NCBI GenBank assembly: GCA_973895155.1
Contig: OZ316896.1
Location: 23,083,722 to 23,147,721 of the forward strand
Direction: 5' to 3'
DNA length: 64,000 bases
DNA from: Marsupella aquatica
Taxonomy: Eukaryota > Plantae > Marchantiophyta
The notes beneath the pieces were generated by a model. That model did not search any database. It was not told where the DNA came from and saw only the letters and a program-made list of their open reading frames with translations. The position numbers were made by a program, and so were the translations under genes. How positions within the stretch are numbered: the first letter of the stretch is position 1; every line of letters begins with the position of its first letter. Of this stretch, positions 11,745 to 25,200 are shown piece by piece.

Positions 11745-11980
11745 CCTATCTTGCAATCTTTGCGACAGGTATTAAGTGCTCCAAGCCCAAAGACTCTAGG
11801 GGGTATTTGTTAAATTCTAGATTATATCATTCATGTAAGAATGAGAGGTACGTAGAGGACACAATGCTAGCCCTCACTGGTGAGTATATATTCCTTAATA
11901 GTACTCTCTTTAGCCCTTGCTGATGTGTCATTGTTTTCTATAAAAAGAATGGACCCTTTTTACTCAAGGCCTTGTATTCA

Positions 11981-12607
11981 TTATAGCTACATCATTCTAG
12001 TGCTTCATTATTTTAACTTATTGAAAAATATATCAAACCTAAGCTATACTATCATTTCTAAATTTATTAAAATACAATTTAAAAAAAAAAATGAAAATAT
12101 AAAGTAACCATAAAACTTGCAATTATGAAGAGCATGTGAATTGAAGCCCATCGAAAAATCTCAAACTCTGTGCCCAGGACAGGGAGGCGCCGGCCCAGAG
12201 GAGAGGTTGTTGGTCATGGAAATGTCAGAATGATTTCTACGTTAGATCTAATTAAGGTACAGCCTTGTCTCAATACATCTTTGTGGTGCAGTGGTGGAGG
12301 GTTCCAGTTTGAACCTTGACGTCACGAGTTCAAATCAATAATAGTTTTTCCTTTCCCTCCAATTAATGGCAGAGAAAAGGTGACAAAGATCTCAATTAAT
12401 TAAACCTAAAGGGGCTCAATCAATTTTTCTACATTGAATAATAAATGGAACATATATGGGGGTCCAAGTAATTCACACATAGAAAAAAATACAAGGAAGC
12501 CAGCCATGGGAGAACCAAATAAAAATAAAAATAATCACCAAAACAAATTAGAGTTGTGAGACTGAAACAGTGATGTACCATAAGGGGAAGTCCCAAAAAA
12601 TCTGTAG
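11981..12607. mobile_element. ~630-bp insertion with possible TCA TSD, containing a tRNA-like segment
   Basis: Absent from the paralogous copy at ~24915-24925. TCA lies at both borders (11978-11980 and 12608-12610). Internal GTGGTGCAGTGGT...GAGTTCAAATC at ~12283-12337 has A/B-box-like motifs. Confidence 0.55.
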
Positions 12608-13864
12608 TCAGTATCTCTAAACCTGACATACTTGGCTCATGTATTTTAGCTTTAGTGTCTGCGATGGATCTTAAAGTTACCCGAAGCTCGTGTTTTTGTA
12701 AAGCCCTCCTAAAAGTTTAGACAAAATAAGCTCTCCACCTGGGCCCACTCCTTGGCGTGTAGGATTGGTAGATCCATACGTGTATGGCCCCACTTCTTGT
12801 ACAACCAACAGCTGCAACAGTTTTCACTCCAATGGTGGAGATTTAATTTCAGAGTAATAAAATTAAATTAGTTCATGGACCCCCTGGTTACATTTCTTAG
12901 GCCTTGTTTGAGTAAAAAGAATGTATGTAATACTAGCTTTAACTCAAGTTGTGAGAGTCTATTAATATGGTCCAAAATGCTATGGTATCACAGATTATTC
13001 TGATGAGATAGTTTTACAAATTTTAGGGAAAGCATAATAGAAATTAATTACCTCATCCAAATGTGATTTTGCAATCTTCTTCATAATGACCAGGAAAATA
13101 AGGGCCTTTATCTTGCGTTTTGAGAGGCTAATGTGGTCCATAATGCTCAGCTGGCATACATTAAAACACTTAAGATCTATGAGATATTTTCACTAATTTT
13201 AGAACATTAATTAATAAACCCAAGGCACAATTTTTTTCCATTAGTTGATTTAGGCATTTAATGACACTATATTTGACCACTGAAGTGCCCTGGGTACTCA
13301 ATTTGAGTTGAGAAGATTAATTTCTCAAGATCAATTGAGATATCTGCTTTTCTCAACAAGGAACCTTAAGCTTTCTAGTAGCTGAGTCCTCTTTAGAATA
13401 TTTGTCGCCCGATTTGTCAATGTACTTTCAAATAATTGGAAATCTTGGAGATTTCATTGAAGTCTGAATTTGACAAGTTTGGAATTAAAGGTTAATAGCC
13501 TCATGACCTTCACTTAGAAGATAGAGTCTGATTAGGAAAGGAAACTTGCATTGTTTAGATTAGATTTTCTCACAAAATTACGATGGACCCGTTTAACCAT
13601 GGCCTGAGCAATTTGACAGTTTTTCAACGGCCACATGGATACTTTGCTTTGCAGGCCAAAATTGACAGGGTGATAATCACACATGAATACTCTGCTTTGC
13701 AGGCCAAAATGGTAGTTTGCCTAAATTACAAAAGACTAAAAATCTTACTCCATGTGCTAGTTACACTTTATCAAGTTAGTATTAGTTATTGTTTATTATA
13801 TGAAAATGCTTTTCAAATTTTTGAATTTAATTTTGGAAGGTACCTCTCTGGGTCGGTAATGAGA

Positions 13865-14987
13865 AGATTTAGAGAGGCTGACAGATACCGATTGACAGTA
13901 CTTTACTTATGTGGTCACTTTACAGTACTTTACTTATGTGGTCACTGCAATTGAATTGGACGATGTGGGCTAAGTTAGCTAAGAACTTTTGGAAGCTACC
14001 GAAAAATTCAGGACCTTCAAATGTCCACCTCCGTCAGATGATCGCCAATTTTTCGCGGTGCATATGCGGCAATCCCTTGGCCTCGAACATTGTCTAGTCA
14101 GAATTGCAACAATAATGACACAATTTCACTATTGAAATCATCCTTTGACGAACTCGTGTGCAGAAATATGGTCCTAATAGAGGGAAGAGATCAGCAATTG
14201 AATGCACAATGATGGGAAAGATGTTGCCGCCCCACAACTCACCACCGTCGCCAAAACCGTTACTTAGCTAAGGAGAATTTAAAGCCAAAATCCAAGGGGA
14301 AGATTGTGGCAAGTTTTCGACAGTCTAGAGTTGATAGTAGTAAAGTTGGCACTGCCAAACTCAAACTGGGGGGAACGTTGCCAAACCAAAGACACAAACA
14401 ATGCAGAAGGCTAAGCGGGACTCCACAGCATAGTTTATTGATTTTAATAGGGAAATGCCACATTTACAAAAGATTACAAAAGGGACATATACATATTGCA
14501 ATGTGAATTGGACTAGACAAAAACTGCTTTGGCCGAGGTGCACCCCGGGGGTGCACCAGACACAAGCAATAACGAAGGATTGTTACCTCACAACAAGTTT
14601 AGTGAGGTAACCAAACAAGTGTTTGGGAGAGTACAACAGTGAAATTGAATGATTGAGTGGATACTCCTCAAAGGGACATCTACTACATTGATTTCAGATG
14701 ATCAGATTTAGAGAGGCTGACAGATATCGATTGACAGTACTTTACTTCTGTGGTCACTGCAATTGAATTGGACGATGTGGGCTAAGTTAGCTAAGAACTT
14801 TTCATTGGAAGCTACCGAAAAATTCAGGACATTCAAATGTCCACCTCCGTCAGATGATCGCCAATTTTTCGCGGTGCATATGCGGCAATCCCTTGGCCTC
14901 GAAACATTGTCTAGTCAGAATTGCAACAATAATGACACAATTTCACTATTGAAATCATCCTTTGACGAACTCGTGTGCAGAAATATG
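13865..14987. repeat. Pair of ~290-bp direct repeats (13865-14170 and 14704-14987) around a ~530-bp spacer
   Basis: Near-identical AGATTTAGAGAGGCTGACAGAT...CTCGTGTGCAGAAATATG in both copies. Confidence 0.85.
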
Positions 14988-16312
14988 CTTGCAATGGAAT
15001 TCATGAACCGAATCAAAGGCCAATGACACGTTGGCCCGCACGTTGGTGAGAAGACGATGTCAAGGAGTGAGAGCCTCCCTACCCCGATCCTGTTGAAGGA
15101 CCCGGACCCATTAGTTAACGGCAGTGACGGGTATCCGAGGGTAGCCACCTGAACACCAAGTCTCAGAGACCAATGAGGCCATCTATGGAACATGAAGAGC
15201 CAGGTGAGTCAACGAGACAAACATACTCTATATAATGATCAGGTCGACACTTTCAAGTTTCAACATTCTAAAGGGATGGTGGTCCTTCTAGATTGGTACG
15301 GTCGGAATGATCGATTGACCGGCACTAGCTTACGTACTTAAACAACATTTCATGCCAGGAGTCGGATACTTGGCGAATCGGAGGTAGTATGAAAACACTA
15401 GGGTACATAGTCAGAGGCAGTAGATGGATTGCAGCTGAGAAAGTCAGTCTCTGGCCGGCCTGCATTGAGAGGCAGTAGATGGATTCGAGCTGAGAAAGGA
15501 ACTCATGCATACAAGGCCAGGTCTCGACCAAACTTACACTATATCACCTATGCCTCCCAAAAAGTCTGTCACCCTTTTACAAAAGGAGAAAAAAACCTGA
15601 GCCAATCTTCGCCCCTAGTCAAAAATTGATTTTTTTGGCACCTTAAAATACACCCATACATCGCTCTTATCAAATTTCTGCCGTAAGTTCAAGTTGCCCA
15701 ACCTATCCGAAATGAGAATTTTTCACACTCTTGGTAAGAGATAGCTTAGTATAGGGTTGAGTGATCCCTTATGTACGCCCGTATGTATGAAATGCAGGAT
15801 GAAAATAATGTCAATTTTTATTTTGAACATGAGGATAAAAATAACATAGTCTAACAACACATTGGCAAGACTGAAAAATAAATGTTGACACCTTATCTAA
15901 TTAAGGCAGATTGAAACGAAAATACATAACAAAAATTTCAATAAAACAAATTTAAACCTGAGTACCCCAAACTAGGTAACATCAGAATCATCTTGTCTAG
16001 CTTATTTGAATGACTTGCTGTATATCTTTATTAATGTCATTCTGGTCCATCCTCTATGCGGGACTCTATGGTGGGAACCCTTCTTGCTACCTTGTCTTAT
16101 TTGAACTACTGCTCAAAGCCTATATCTCAATATTAAATATTCTAGTAACCATTTCTAAAGAGATCCTAAAACAGACATCTTTGAGTAGGCTCAAATTTGT
16201 TCAGTAGGGTTTTTGATCTTTTCTAGTGGTTGAATATTCTCTGGGTTTCTCGCTCTTCCTTGGTTTTCCCCTTTGCCTATGGTAGCTCTTTTTCTTTTTT
16301 TCTCGTTTTGTG

Positions 16313-16373
16313 ATACTATACTATACTATACTATACTATACTATACTATACTATACTATACTATACTATACTA
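16313..16373. repeat. (CTATA)n microsatellite, ~12 units
   Basis: Direct reading of the sequence. Confidence 0.95.
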
Positions 16374-17165
16374 GAGACTCAAATGTGTGAAATGTGTGAA
16401 ACGTGTCCATCTTCGTCGGTGAAAGCTGTAGGAAGGAAATATGTAGCTCCCTGGCTATTGTTAGAAGACATCCAGAGTCCCAATAAGTTCGTGAAGGACC
16501 ATGGGTTATCTCGAAAATTGAAGGACCGTCTCTTCTCTGTGTTGACTGCACGCCTTGTCAAACGGACCTGGCCCCGGCCCGAATCCACTGGATTCCATGC
16601 CAGGACCTTGTAGAAACCATCCCACTATTAAAGGCTCAGACCTCTGCTGAGAACCATATCGGTCTGCCTTGATCACCTACACAATCGTGATAATGCAGCT
16701 TTCATTCTTGAGCTGCTCACTACACTGGATGCATGCAGACGACTAGCTGGTGTACCTTGGTTTTGATATTTCAGCGTGTTTAGTTCTTGAGTAATGTGGC
16801 TTCTGATCGAACGATTTGTGTGATCGATCAATCACAACAAAAATCGTCAGGCTGCGTGGTTTCTCTTTCTAGTCTGCCTTTCAGGACACAACAACGAGCC
16901 GTGAATAGTTAGTTCGTTCGTGATTGCGAAGCGAATCTGAAGGGAAGAGGCTGAGGTCAGGCTTCCTCCATTGAGCAACAGTCACATATTGGTGCTTTGA
17001 GGAATTCCTTCCCCAAGAAAGCATCCCTTTAAGCTCAACGAGTTTTTCACTGCAGATTCATCCGGCTCGACGTAGCAGCTGTGAGTTACTTAGGAGCCTA
17101 TCGAGAGGAGCACAACCTCCAGTAAACCTTCGCCCAGGGTGGTTCGCCCAGGGTGGAGCGGGGCA

Positions 17166-19490
17166 ATGGAGGTCCCCTTGCTGTGGATATTGGTGTGGTG
17201 TACGATCCCCTTAGCTTTCATGTTCCCGGCAGTTGTGCACGGCGACCCAATTAAGGTAACCTTCGATCACTGCCGGAATTCAACCTCCTTGCTTGATCCA
17301 CTGCGCGGCAATTCCTCAGAATCCATCCCGTGCTGTCCCGTCATGCCAACTAGGCCGATCGTCAACGGGCCGCCTCCTCTATTGACGGAACACATCAGAG
17401 TTAGACAAGCTGCGCAATGCACGGATGCAGCTTACGCTGCAAAGCTCAACAAGGCGTATGCGTTGATGCGGGCGCTGCCAGAAGATGACCCACGTTCCTT
17501 CTCTCAGCAATGGCAGCTTCACTGCTCTTACTGCGGGGGTGCATTCTTGACCGTTAACAGCAGTGGATCTCCTCAGGGAATCGACATCCACTGGAGCTGG
17601 CTATTCTATCCATGGCACAGGTACGTCAAATCATTACCTGCACCACTACACCAATGTCATCGATTCCAGACCAGTCTAGTCCTTGAAACATTCAGGAGCT
17701 GTTACAAAAAGTAATGTTTCAATTGAAGGATAAATTAGACAGGTTCACAGATGTTTGCGGGTACGTAGTCGCTACAATGATTTTTCCTTACAGGGTTAAT
17801 TACGATTCTCAAGGAAGTTTGAATTCGATCTCGATCACTGAGAAGCTGATAAGTGTTGCAACTAATGAATATATGCAGGTGGTACTTGTACTTCCACGAG
17901 AGGATCCTGCAGTCGCTCCTGGGAGACCCCGACTTCAGCCTCACTTACTGGAACTGGGATGCTCCCTACAGTGTAGGAGATGGGTCTTCCAAGAATGGAG
18001 CTTGCCTGAAACAGGGACATGATTTCCCAGCCTTCTACGCCGACAATTCCTCCGCCGCATACGATGTCAATCGATCTGCGAATGCGAAGGGATATGGCCG
18101 TCTGCACTTCCCCGATGTCAGTTACACCCCTGTCACACCTGCAATAACACAGGTTCTCTTCAACGCATCTGGAGAAGACATCATTGAAAGTAATCTGAAC
18201 ATATTGTACCAAGCATTGGTGAGCGGCGGAACATCGAAAGAAACCTTCATGGGTCGGCCATATCGCGCAGGAAACGCGGCAGGTGTGTATATAAACCGAT
18301 CGATTTGACTGAGAAAACTCTCCACATAAGCTACTTTAAGCCAGCCATAAAGAAAACAAGACTTTCTACCATCCCTAGGTAGCGTTAGTTACAAACAATT
18401 TGACTCTTTCCTAAAGAGCTTACTCGAATCATATCTTGAGCGCTTGCAATCCCAACGATGTCGGCTAACTCTTGTTGGTTTTGAATTCACAGGCACTGGA
18501 GGCCCAAATGGAGGTGCTGGAACGCTAGAAAATGGCGCTCACTCTGGTGTTCATTCCTGGGTCGGAACAGACCCGCCAGGCAACGACATGGGCCAGCTTT
18601 CACGCTCAAGCCGTGACCCTGCCTTCTTCGCTCATCATATCAACCTCGATCGTATGTGGCAGGTACGTCAGTTAATTAGCTCGAGATAATTGATTATCGA
18701 ATACAGATCGATGTCATTAATTTCTATGGTCATGGACTGATTAAATTTTGCAGAATTATGTTGATTGTTCAGCTCGGGAAAGCTGATATATTTCCGTGGT
18801 TGGCTGAAACAGGTATGGAAAGATATCGGGCCAGTACTAGGTCAGACTCATGAGGACTACTCGGACCCTGACTTTCTGAATGCTGAGTTTCTGTTCTACG
18901 ATGAAAACAAGGATCTGAGAAGAGTGAAGGTAGGAGACTCGTTAGACTCGAAAAAGTTGGGATATGTTTATCAAGGCGCTAATGATGCACCATGGGTCTT
19001 CTTCAACACTACCAAGTGTAATAAGCTTAGCTACAACGAACTTATTGCCCAAGCCGAAAGCTTGCCAGTGCCAAGCAAAGACTCGAGAGGATACTACCAC
19101 CTGAACGGCGGTAAGACATTCACTATGGTGGTGGAAAGACCAGAGAATCCACACGGCCTTGAAGAGTTCCTCACCATTGATGGAATCAAACTCGACAGAA
19201 CTCGGAACACAGGGTTTGACGTGTTTGTGGATTGGGTGAACCCGACCGAGCATTCAGTGCCAACCAAATGCGCTGAATTCTCTGGGAGATTCACCAACTT
19301 GGTTCAGAGCCGATCTGCTACTGAAGGGAAACCGGATTTGGACTGGAAGCAAAGTATTTCCAGAACACTAGATGATATTGAAGCTCCAGCAGGCCCTTCA
19401 AAGGTCGTCATCACTCTAGTGCCTATGTATCGAAAGGAAGACCCAGATGAGACCTTGATCAAATTCAAATTCATCACGATTGACATTTGA
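17166..19490 (+). CDS. PPO: Polyphenol oxidase (catechol oxidase/tyrosinase family), 4 exons, N-terminal signal peptide
   Basis: Exons 17166-17620, 17879-18282, 18493-18662 and 18813-19490, all with GT-AG borders. CuA HCSYC...IHWSWLFYPWHR; YWNWD; CuB HSGVH...RDPAFFAHHINLDRMW; DWL-like DFLNAEFLFYDENK; KFDV-like TGFDVFV. Confidence 0.95.
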
Positions 19491-19908
19491 AGAAGGCCGA
19501 CTTCAGTGACGATATATCTATACGCGATTATTAAACTTCATCGTAGAATCGTACGATGATGAATGATTTGTCGTTTCTCCTCACCTACATATATATATAT
19601 ATATTTAAATCTCCAGAGAGCCAGAATGGCTCACACAAGTAGACCTTTGACATTTAGCATCACCGCTTTTTCACGTTCCTGATAAATTCAGCTACATCAA
19701 TTAAATGGGTAGAGTTTCACTAGATCCTACATTTGATTGGCGAAAAAAATCAGTGCACAATTGGGCAGAGTTTCTATGGATTTTCTAGATTATTTGTGCC
19801 TAAGTAAGCAATAGACAGAGAATGATTAGGACTTCAATAAATTATACAATTTCTGGCTAAAGTTTCTTAATGATCAAATTAAGGAGAACTATCATTTTCT
19901 AACCAAAA

Positions 19909-20019
19909 GAAAGATTAACAACTCAGCCATTCGCATCAAAAACAATCTCTTGGCAAGAAATGGAACAGCTCAGTCATTCGCGCACCTCTCAGTGCTCCAG
20001 ACTGTGTTCGCATTTTACT
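19909..20019. repeat. ~110-bp direct duplicate of the transporter 5' leader region (23801-23911)
   Basis: AAAGATTAA.AACTCAGCCAT.CGCATCA...CAGCTCAGTCATTCGCGCACCTCTCAGTGCTCCAGACTGT...CATTTTACT occurs at both positions. Confidence 0.85.
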
Positions 20020-20474
20020 AACGGTATGTAAACTGTTGTACTTAGAACCCTCGATAGAATCTAAGCTCTCGGTCAAAATTTATTTAGCGTGTGTAGTGAT
20101 TGAACGCACAAGAAGGAAAACTCTCTGTTTGTCACCGTTCATCGTTCGTAAGTAGCATCCCTGTTCCGGTGTTTGTTGGCATTTTTTGTTTGGAGCGCAC
20201 AACGTACCGTAATTTCTTGTTACCGATTCGCCATCCCAGTAGGGTCTAGGTCACCTAAACAATGGTCAGATTGTCAAAGACGTGGACCACCCCATGAAGA
20301 GAATCCGTAATCTGTGGTTGGAATAGAGTTGTCTCATCGTGCATCTCTTTCGTACCAGTGAATAACATGATTGCATTTTGAAAGGGAGTGGTGACGATGC
20401 GAGTTTTGTCATGTTTTGTTCCAATTTTGGAGATTAGATCGTGAAGAATAGTTCCTGCTTCATGAACTTAGCTG

Positions 20475-23400
20475 TCATCGTCGATTCCCGTTTTTTAAAA
20501 CCTCGGGAAATGTTTCACTTAATTCTATGACACTCCATTGGTTCTCGAAATGGAGGAGTTCATGCACTGCATTCTCAAGTTCCACTGTCTCTCCCAAGAG
20601 GGACTTGAGGCTGAAAGTGAGAGCACTGAAGGAGAGCATTGCCGAGTTACTGAGCAATGATCCAGCCGGATTTTCCCTCTTCGCTGCAATGAATCCAGAA
20701 ACTACCTCCTCATAGCGGCCCTCAAAGGCCTCCATAGTTGACTGCATACTCAGAGGAGTTCCATCAATAGCTCGCTGCGTGCACTGCAGGAGCAAGAGAG
20801 GGTGGACATGACCAGCCAATTCGCGAAGATCGCCCATGGATCGCGAACCTTGAGTTGGTCCCAGCCCCTTTTCTTCGTCATCCACCCACGTCCATTTCTT
20901 GCTCAAGTGAACAATGTTGTGTTTCTTGACCTGTAATACCCGTTGGAGAAGATCTAAGGATGACAAAACTTCGTCTTCCAAAGCAACTAAAGATGTTTGA
21001 AGAGGCCCCACTAACATCTCGATCTGCTCCTTCAAGCAGTCTTCAGTTGCTGCGTGTAATGAACAAACCATGAAGAACAAGAGATCGAGCATGCGTCCTT
21101 GTATGTGGTTAAGCTTGGAATAGATCTCCATAGGGAATGGAACATTCCACAAATCTGGTTCCATGATTGCCTCACTTTGTAGATCAGCTTGCTCGGCAAA
21201 GCTGGCCCTTAGCTCTTGCTCAAGCTTTTTGATCCCTTGCACTACCATCCGACGATGTTTGGGACAATAGTTCCCTGTGTATGCAGCAATCACACTCGCA
21301 ACACAGTCTCTCAAACCCGTCAAACTCGAAACAAGATTCTCTCTACATAGGGATTTTGCTCTGTTTGGCCACACGACTATCTCCACAATGACCAAACTCA
21401 AGACCCCAATGAAATTTTCTACTATACGAACTAAGGCAAATTCTTGAATGCTATTGACCTTAACACGGGCTGGACCTAACATAATTATGGCTGCGGTCAG
21501 CCCAGCAATTACTCCAGCAGGTCCAAATATCCTGCAGAAACGGAGATAGCTTAGGAGTGTGACCCATGGAATCAAAGAAATAAGGATCAGGTAAGGATGA
21601 TTATGCGTGATCAATATCGCCAAATAGCCATAGATAGCCCCGAGAGCTGTTCCTTGCAGACGAAGGCTCCCCATCCGAAACGAACCCCCTTGATTCTCTT
21701 GAACGATAAACCCGATCGAGATATTGGCCCAGAATGCATACTTCGTGTTGTATTTAATCCCACCAACAGCTGCCATGGACATGGCCAGCGATATCTTGAA
21801 AGCCCGAACAAACTGGACACGATCCAACTTCAAGCCATGATCTCTCAGCCATTTCAGGCACGTCTCCCACCTCGTCATTCTGGGAAGCTGATATTCGCAG
21901 CCACAGCTAGTTGGTGCACCCAATTCGTTGCCACCCGACTTACGTGATTCGCCACCTTTGTTAGATGGTGATCGTTCCAGATTGTTGCTTGTCAGGCTCT
22001 GCTCGAGGGTGCGAATTCGATGACCGGAAGTGGCGATTTGGTGCATCCTATTGGCTATCTTACCAGAATCAACCATGTTCATTGTCTCGATGAAGAACAT
22101 TCTCAAGTTGAATAGAAAGAAGTATGTAGGCACCATAGTACGGAGCAACTGCTTAATGTTTTCGTTTGCAGAATAGCCGTGGGGATTGGGACTAGCAAGC
22201 AGCTCATCCAAAGATTGGTCCTCTGCTTTATCTTTGTAGTAGGTCTCCACCCTGGCCAACATGATAACGTCCTCCAGTAACCCAAATTCTGCTTTAGCCT
22301 CCTCCAAGCGCTCCTGCTTCTCAAGCAAAACGGCCTCTGACTTAGATAGTTTGGTGGTCAGCTCAAGAATGGCCTTACTTTTATCACCAATTCTCTTAAC
22401 GGGGCCCTTAAGAATGGAACTCATTATTCCAGGAGTCAGTAAAATGGTGCCAGACTGCAATGCCAAAGTCATCCCCAAGAGATGTAATCGAAGGCCATTT
22501 AGCCCCTTCACCATACGTTTGAAGGTTAGAATCAATCCAAAACCTCTTAATTCCCAGATAGCATGCACCTGATTCATTACGTGCCGCACATGATCAGAAA
22601 GATATCCTTTGTCACCGTACGAGCACTCTTGATGAGAATAGAGTCACTATCGGCTACGATTTGCGAAGGGTTTACCCCAAAACAGTACCAGCTGGTCACG
22701 CATTCGAAAATTCTCTCTAGCTCTCTGTTGATCGAGGCAGCATACTAAGGAAATCATGCAAAAGCGACAGAGGGCCTCTGCAGACACTCAAAAGCAAGGA
22801 GTTCTAATAGCATGTGCTCATACAAATTAATCGTCTTCACCATCCCCCACGAAGTAAGTTGCAGGAAAAAGGGCTGACAAGGTAAGGCTGAGAAAGGAAA
22901 ACACTGAAAGGGGATTTCTGCCCACCTGCCTACAATTCAGCTCGCTTATGTCGTCACATGCTAATTTATAAAGCAACTTAGCATGTAGGAAAATAGATGA
23001 AAATATGCACGCCTCCCTCGTACAGAATGCCTCCACTAAACTCTGAAATAGTTCAGAGCTTCCTCTGATTGCTGACCTTGCACACATGCGAGCCTCCCAG
23101 CATGCGAGTCCAGGCACCGGTACGAGAACCGCCAGAATCGCACAAGAGACTCCGATCAAACTGGTAGCCATCAGGCGGACTACGAAGAAGAGGCTACGAC
23201 CGTTCTGCCCCGTGTGAGCCGTGATGAAAATGATTCCAATTTGCCCCAACGCCACTTTTCTGGTCATCTCACTCTTATTGTTTGGGTATGCCACAACAAA
23301 ACTGGCCACAAAAATGCAGACGATAGCCGGAGCAAGCGACAGCTTGGTACCGAGCACTAACAGCACTGCAACTCCAATCGTCATTGCTTGAGCCATTCCG

Positions 23401-23714
23401 ATCAAAACACCGACAACGTTCCCAAAAATTGCCCCAATACTCGACTCGACTATGTTCAAGCAAATCACTAGCGAGAAGAAGGGAATTGCTATCCATTCAG
23501 TTACGGGGGATCCATATTCTAGCATAAGACCAAGCAACAAGCAGGCCCATCCGCTCCTGGCGGCCACTCCCAACCGCCGGAAAAATATTTTGCCATATAC
23601 AGATTGTAAACCCATGACCAACGCCTTGAACTTGGCCAGCACTCCCCCGGAATCTGAAATTGGTGCCGGAGAACTCTTGTCTCTGCTGGCTGCTGGATTT
23701 TCAGACGACCCCAT
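20475..23714 (-). CDS. ALMT-related / FUSC-like (aromatic acid exporter family) membrane transporter, 2 exons
   Basis: Exon 1 is 23714-22926, intron 22925-22569 (GT-AG), exon 2 is 22568-20475. Two multi-TM blocks, with motifs AFKISLAMS, GGSFRMGSLRLQGTALGAIYG, FALVRIVENFIG, WPNRA and EPDLWNVPFP. Confidence 0.85.
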
Positions 23715-24659
23715 CCTCAATGCTACTCTTTGTTCAGCTCCTCTCACCCACAGTTTGCTGAGAGCTCTCGTTCAAAAATCATTCAAAGCAGAATCATCAA
23801 GAAAGATTAATAACTCAGCCATGCGCATCAGAACAATCTCCTAGCAAGAGTTGGATCAGCTCAGTCATTCGCGCACCTCTCAGTGCTCCAGACTGTCTTC
23901 TCATTTTACTTATATATAAAGGGCCAACAGGGAGAGTACATTGTCTGGCTTCTCCAGTGACCCGTTGATTGGAGAAATTACTCTAAATTGAGACTCTTCG
24001 AGAGCAAAAAACTCCAGTACAGTGAGATCTTTAGATGAAAAGTGAGATGCTCTCCAACCTCATTCCATGTACAACCGAAAAGCAATTCGCTTGATAGACC
24101 TCATTCCTAGAGACAGACACGTCACGCCGCCCCGAGTTTCCTCTGACAATCTCGGTCTACAGTGAGCTTCTAAAAGTGACAATTGAGACTCGAACTGATG
24201 GGCCACCTCTAGCTGCTCTTCAAGCAGCCGTGACGATTATTTTGCGAGGATGGCTGTTCGATTATTCACCGGCCATCCTCATTCGATTCGGACCAACAGT
24301 AACCGTCTCATACAGCTCCAGGATGGTCGGGCTCGCATTCACATCAGTGTCTCTGATGAATGATTAACTCGTGACGTTCATAGCTGCTTCAGTCGCGTCA
24401 TGGATGTCGGCTACACTAGTGTGTGCTCAAAAAGCGTTACTGATTTGTCACTCAGCTTCATCAAAAGCCAACAAAAGCCAACAACAGGCAATTCACTGCC
24501 ATTGCTTTCGTGGATCTCCGTGAGAATCGGAAACATTTGGTCTGCTGTCGATTGATGATTAGTGGGTTTCGTCCGCTCTTGTCTGACTATATTGGCATCC
24601 AATCACGCTTGATGCCTTGATGATTTCGACTTAGGTGGGGAGAATGACACCCATAGCCT

Positions 24660-25200
24660 TCTCATTTTATTCCTCTGAAATTAAATCTCGGCCATTGGAG
24701 TGGAAACTGTTGCAGCTGTTGGTTGTACAAGAACTGGGGCCATACACGTATGGATCTACCAATCCTACACGCCAAGGAGTGGGCCCAAGTGGAGAGCTTA
24801 TTTTGTCTAAACTTTTAGGAGGGCTTTACAAAAACACGAGCTTCGGGTAACTTTAAGGTCCATCGCAGACACTAAAGCTAAAATACATGAGCCAAGTATG
24901 TCAGGTTTAGAGATACTGGATACAAGGACTTGAGTATATAGAAAACAATGACACATCAGCAAAGGGCTGAACAGAGTACTATAAAGGAATATAAACTCAC
25001 CGTTGAGGGCCAGCATTGTACAGTCCTCTACCTCTCATTTTTACATGAATGATATCTAGAGCTTACTCAAATTTAACAATTACCCCCTAGAGTCTTTGGG
25101 CTTGGAGCACTCAATACCTGTGGCAAAGATTGCAAGAAAGGTGCTGTCTCTAAAAGTAAGAATATCTAAGGGCCTGTACACTAACTGAGCTGAGTTGAGG
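24660..25200 (-). repeat. Dispersed ~540-bp repeat, copy 2 (uninterrupted)
   Basis: Reverse complement of the pieces between 10178 and 12862. Confidence 0.85.

Larger units (their letters stand above)
10178..12862 (+). repeat. Dispersed ~540-bp repeat, copy 1, split by three nested insertions
   Basis: Segments 10178-10235, 11745-11980 and 12608-12862 are collinear with the reverse complement of the uninterrupted copy at 24660-25200. Confidence 0.85.

Noticed and set aside
10064-12340. Functional tRNA genes at 10064-10120 and 12283-12337
   Set aside because: A/B boxes are present but acceptor and anticodon stems do not pair; treated as tRNA-derived repeat parts.
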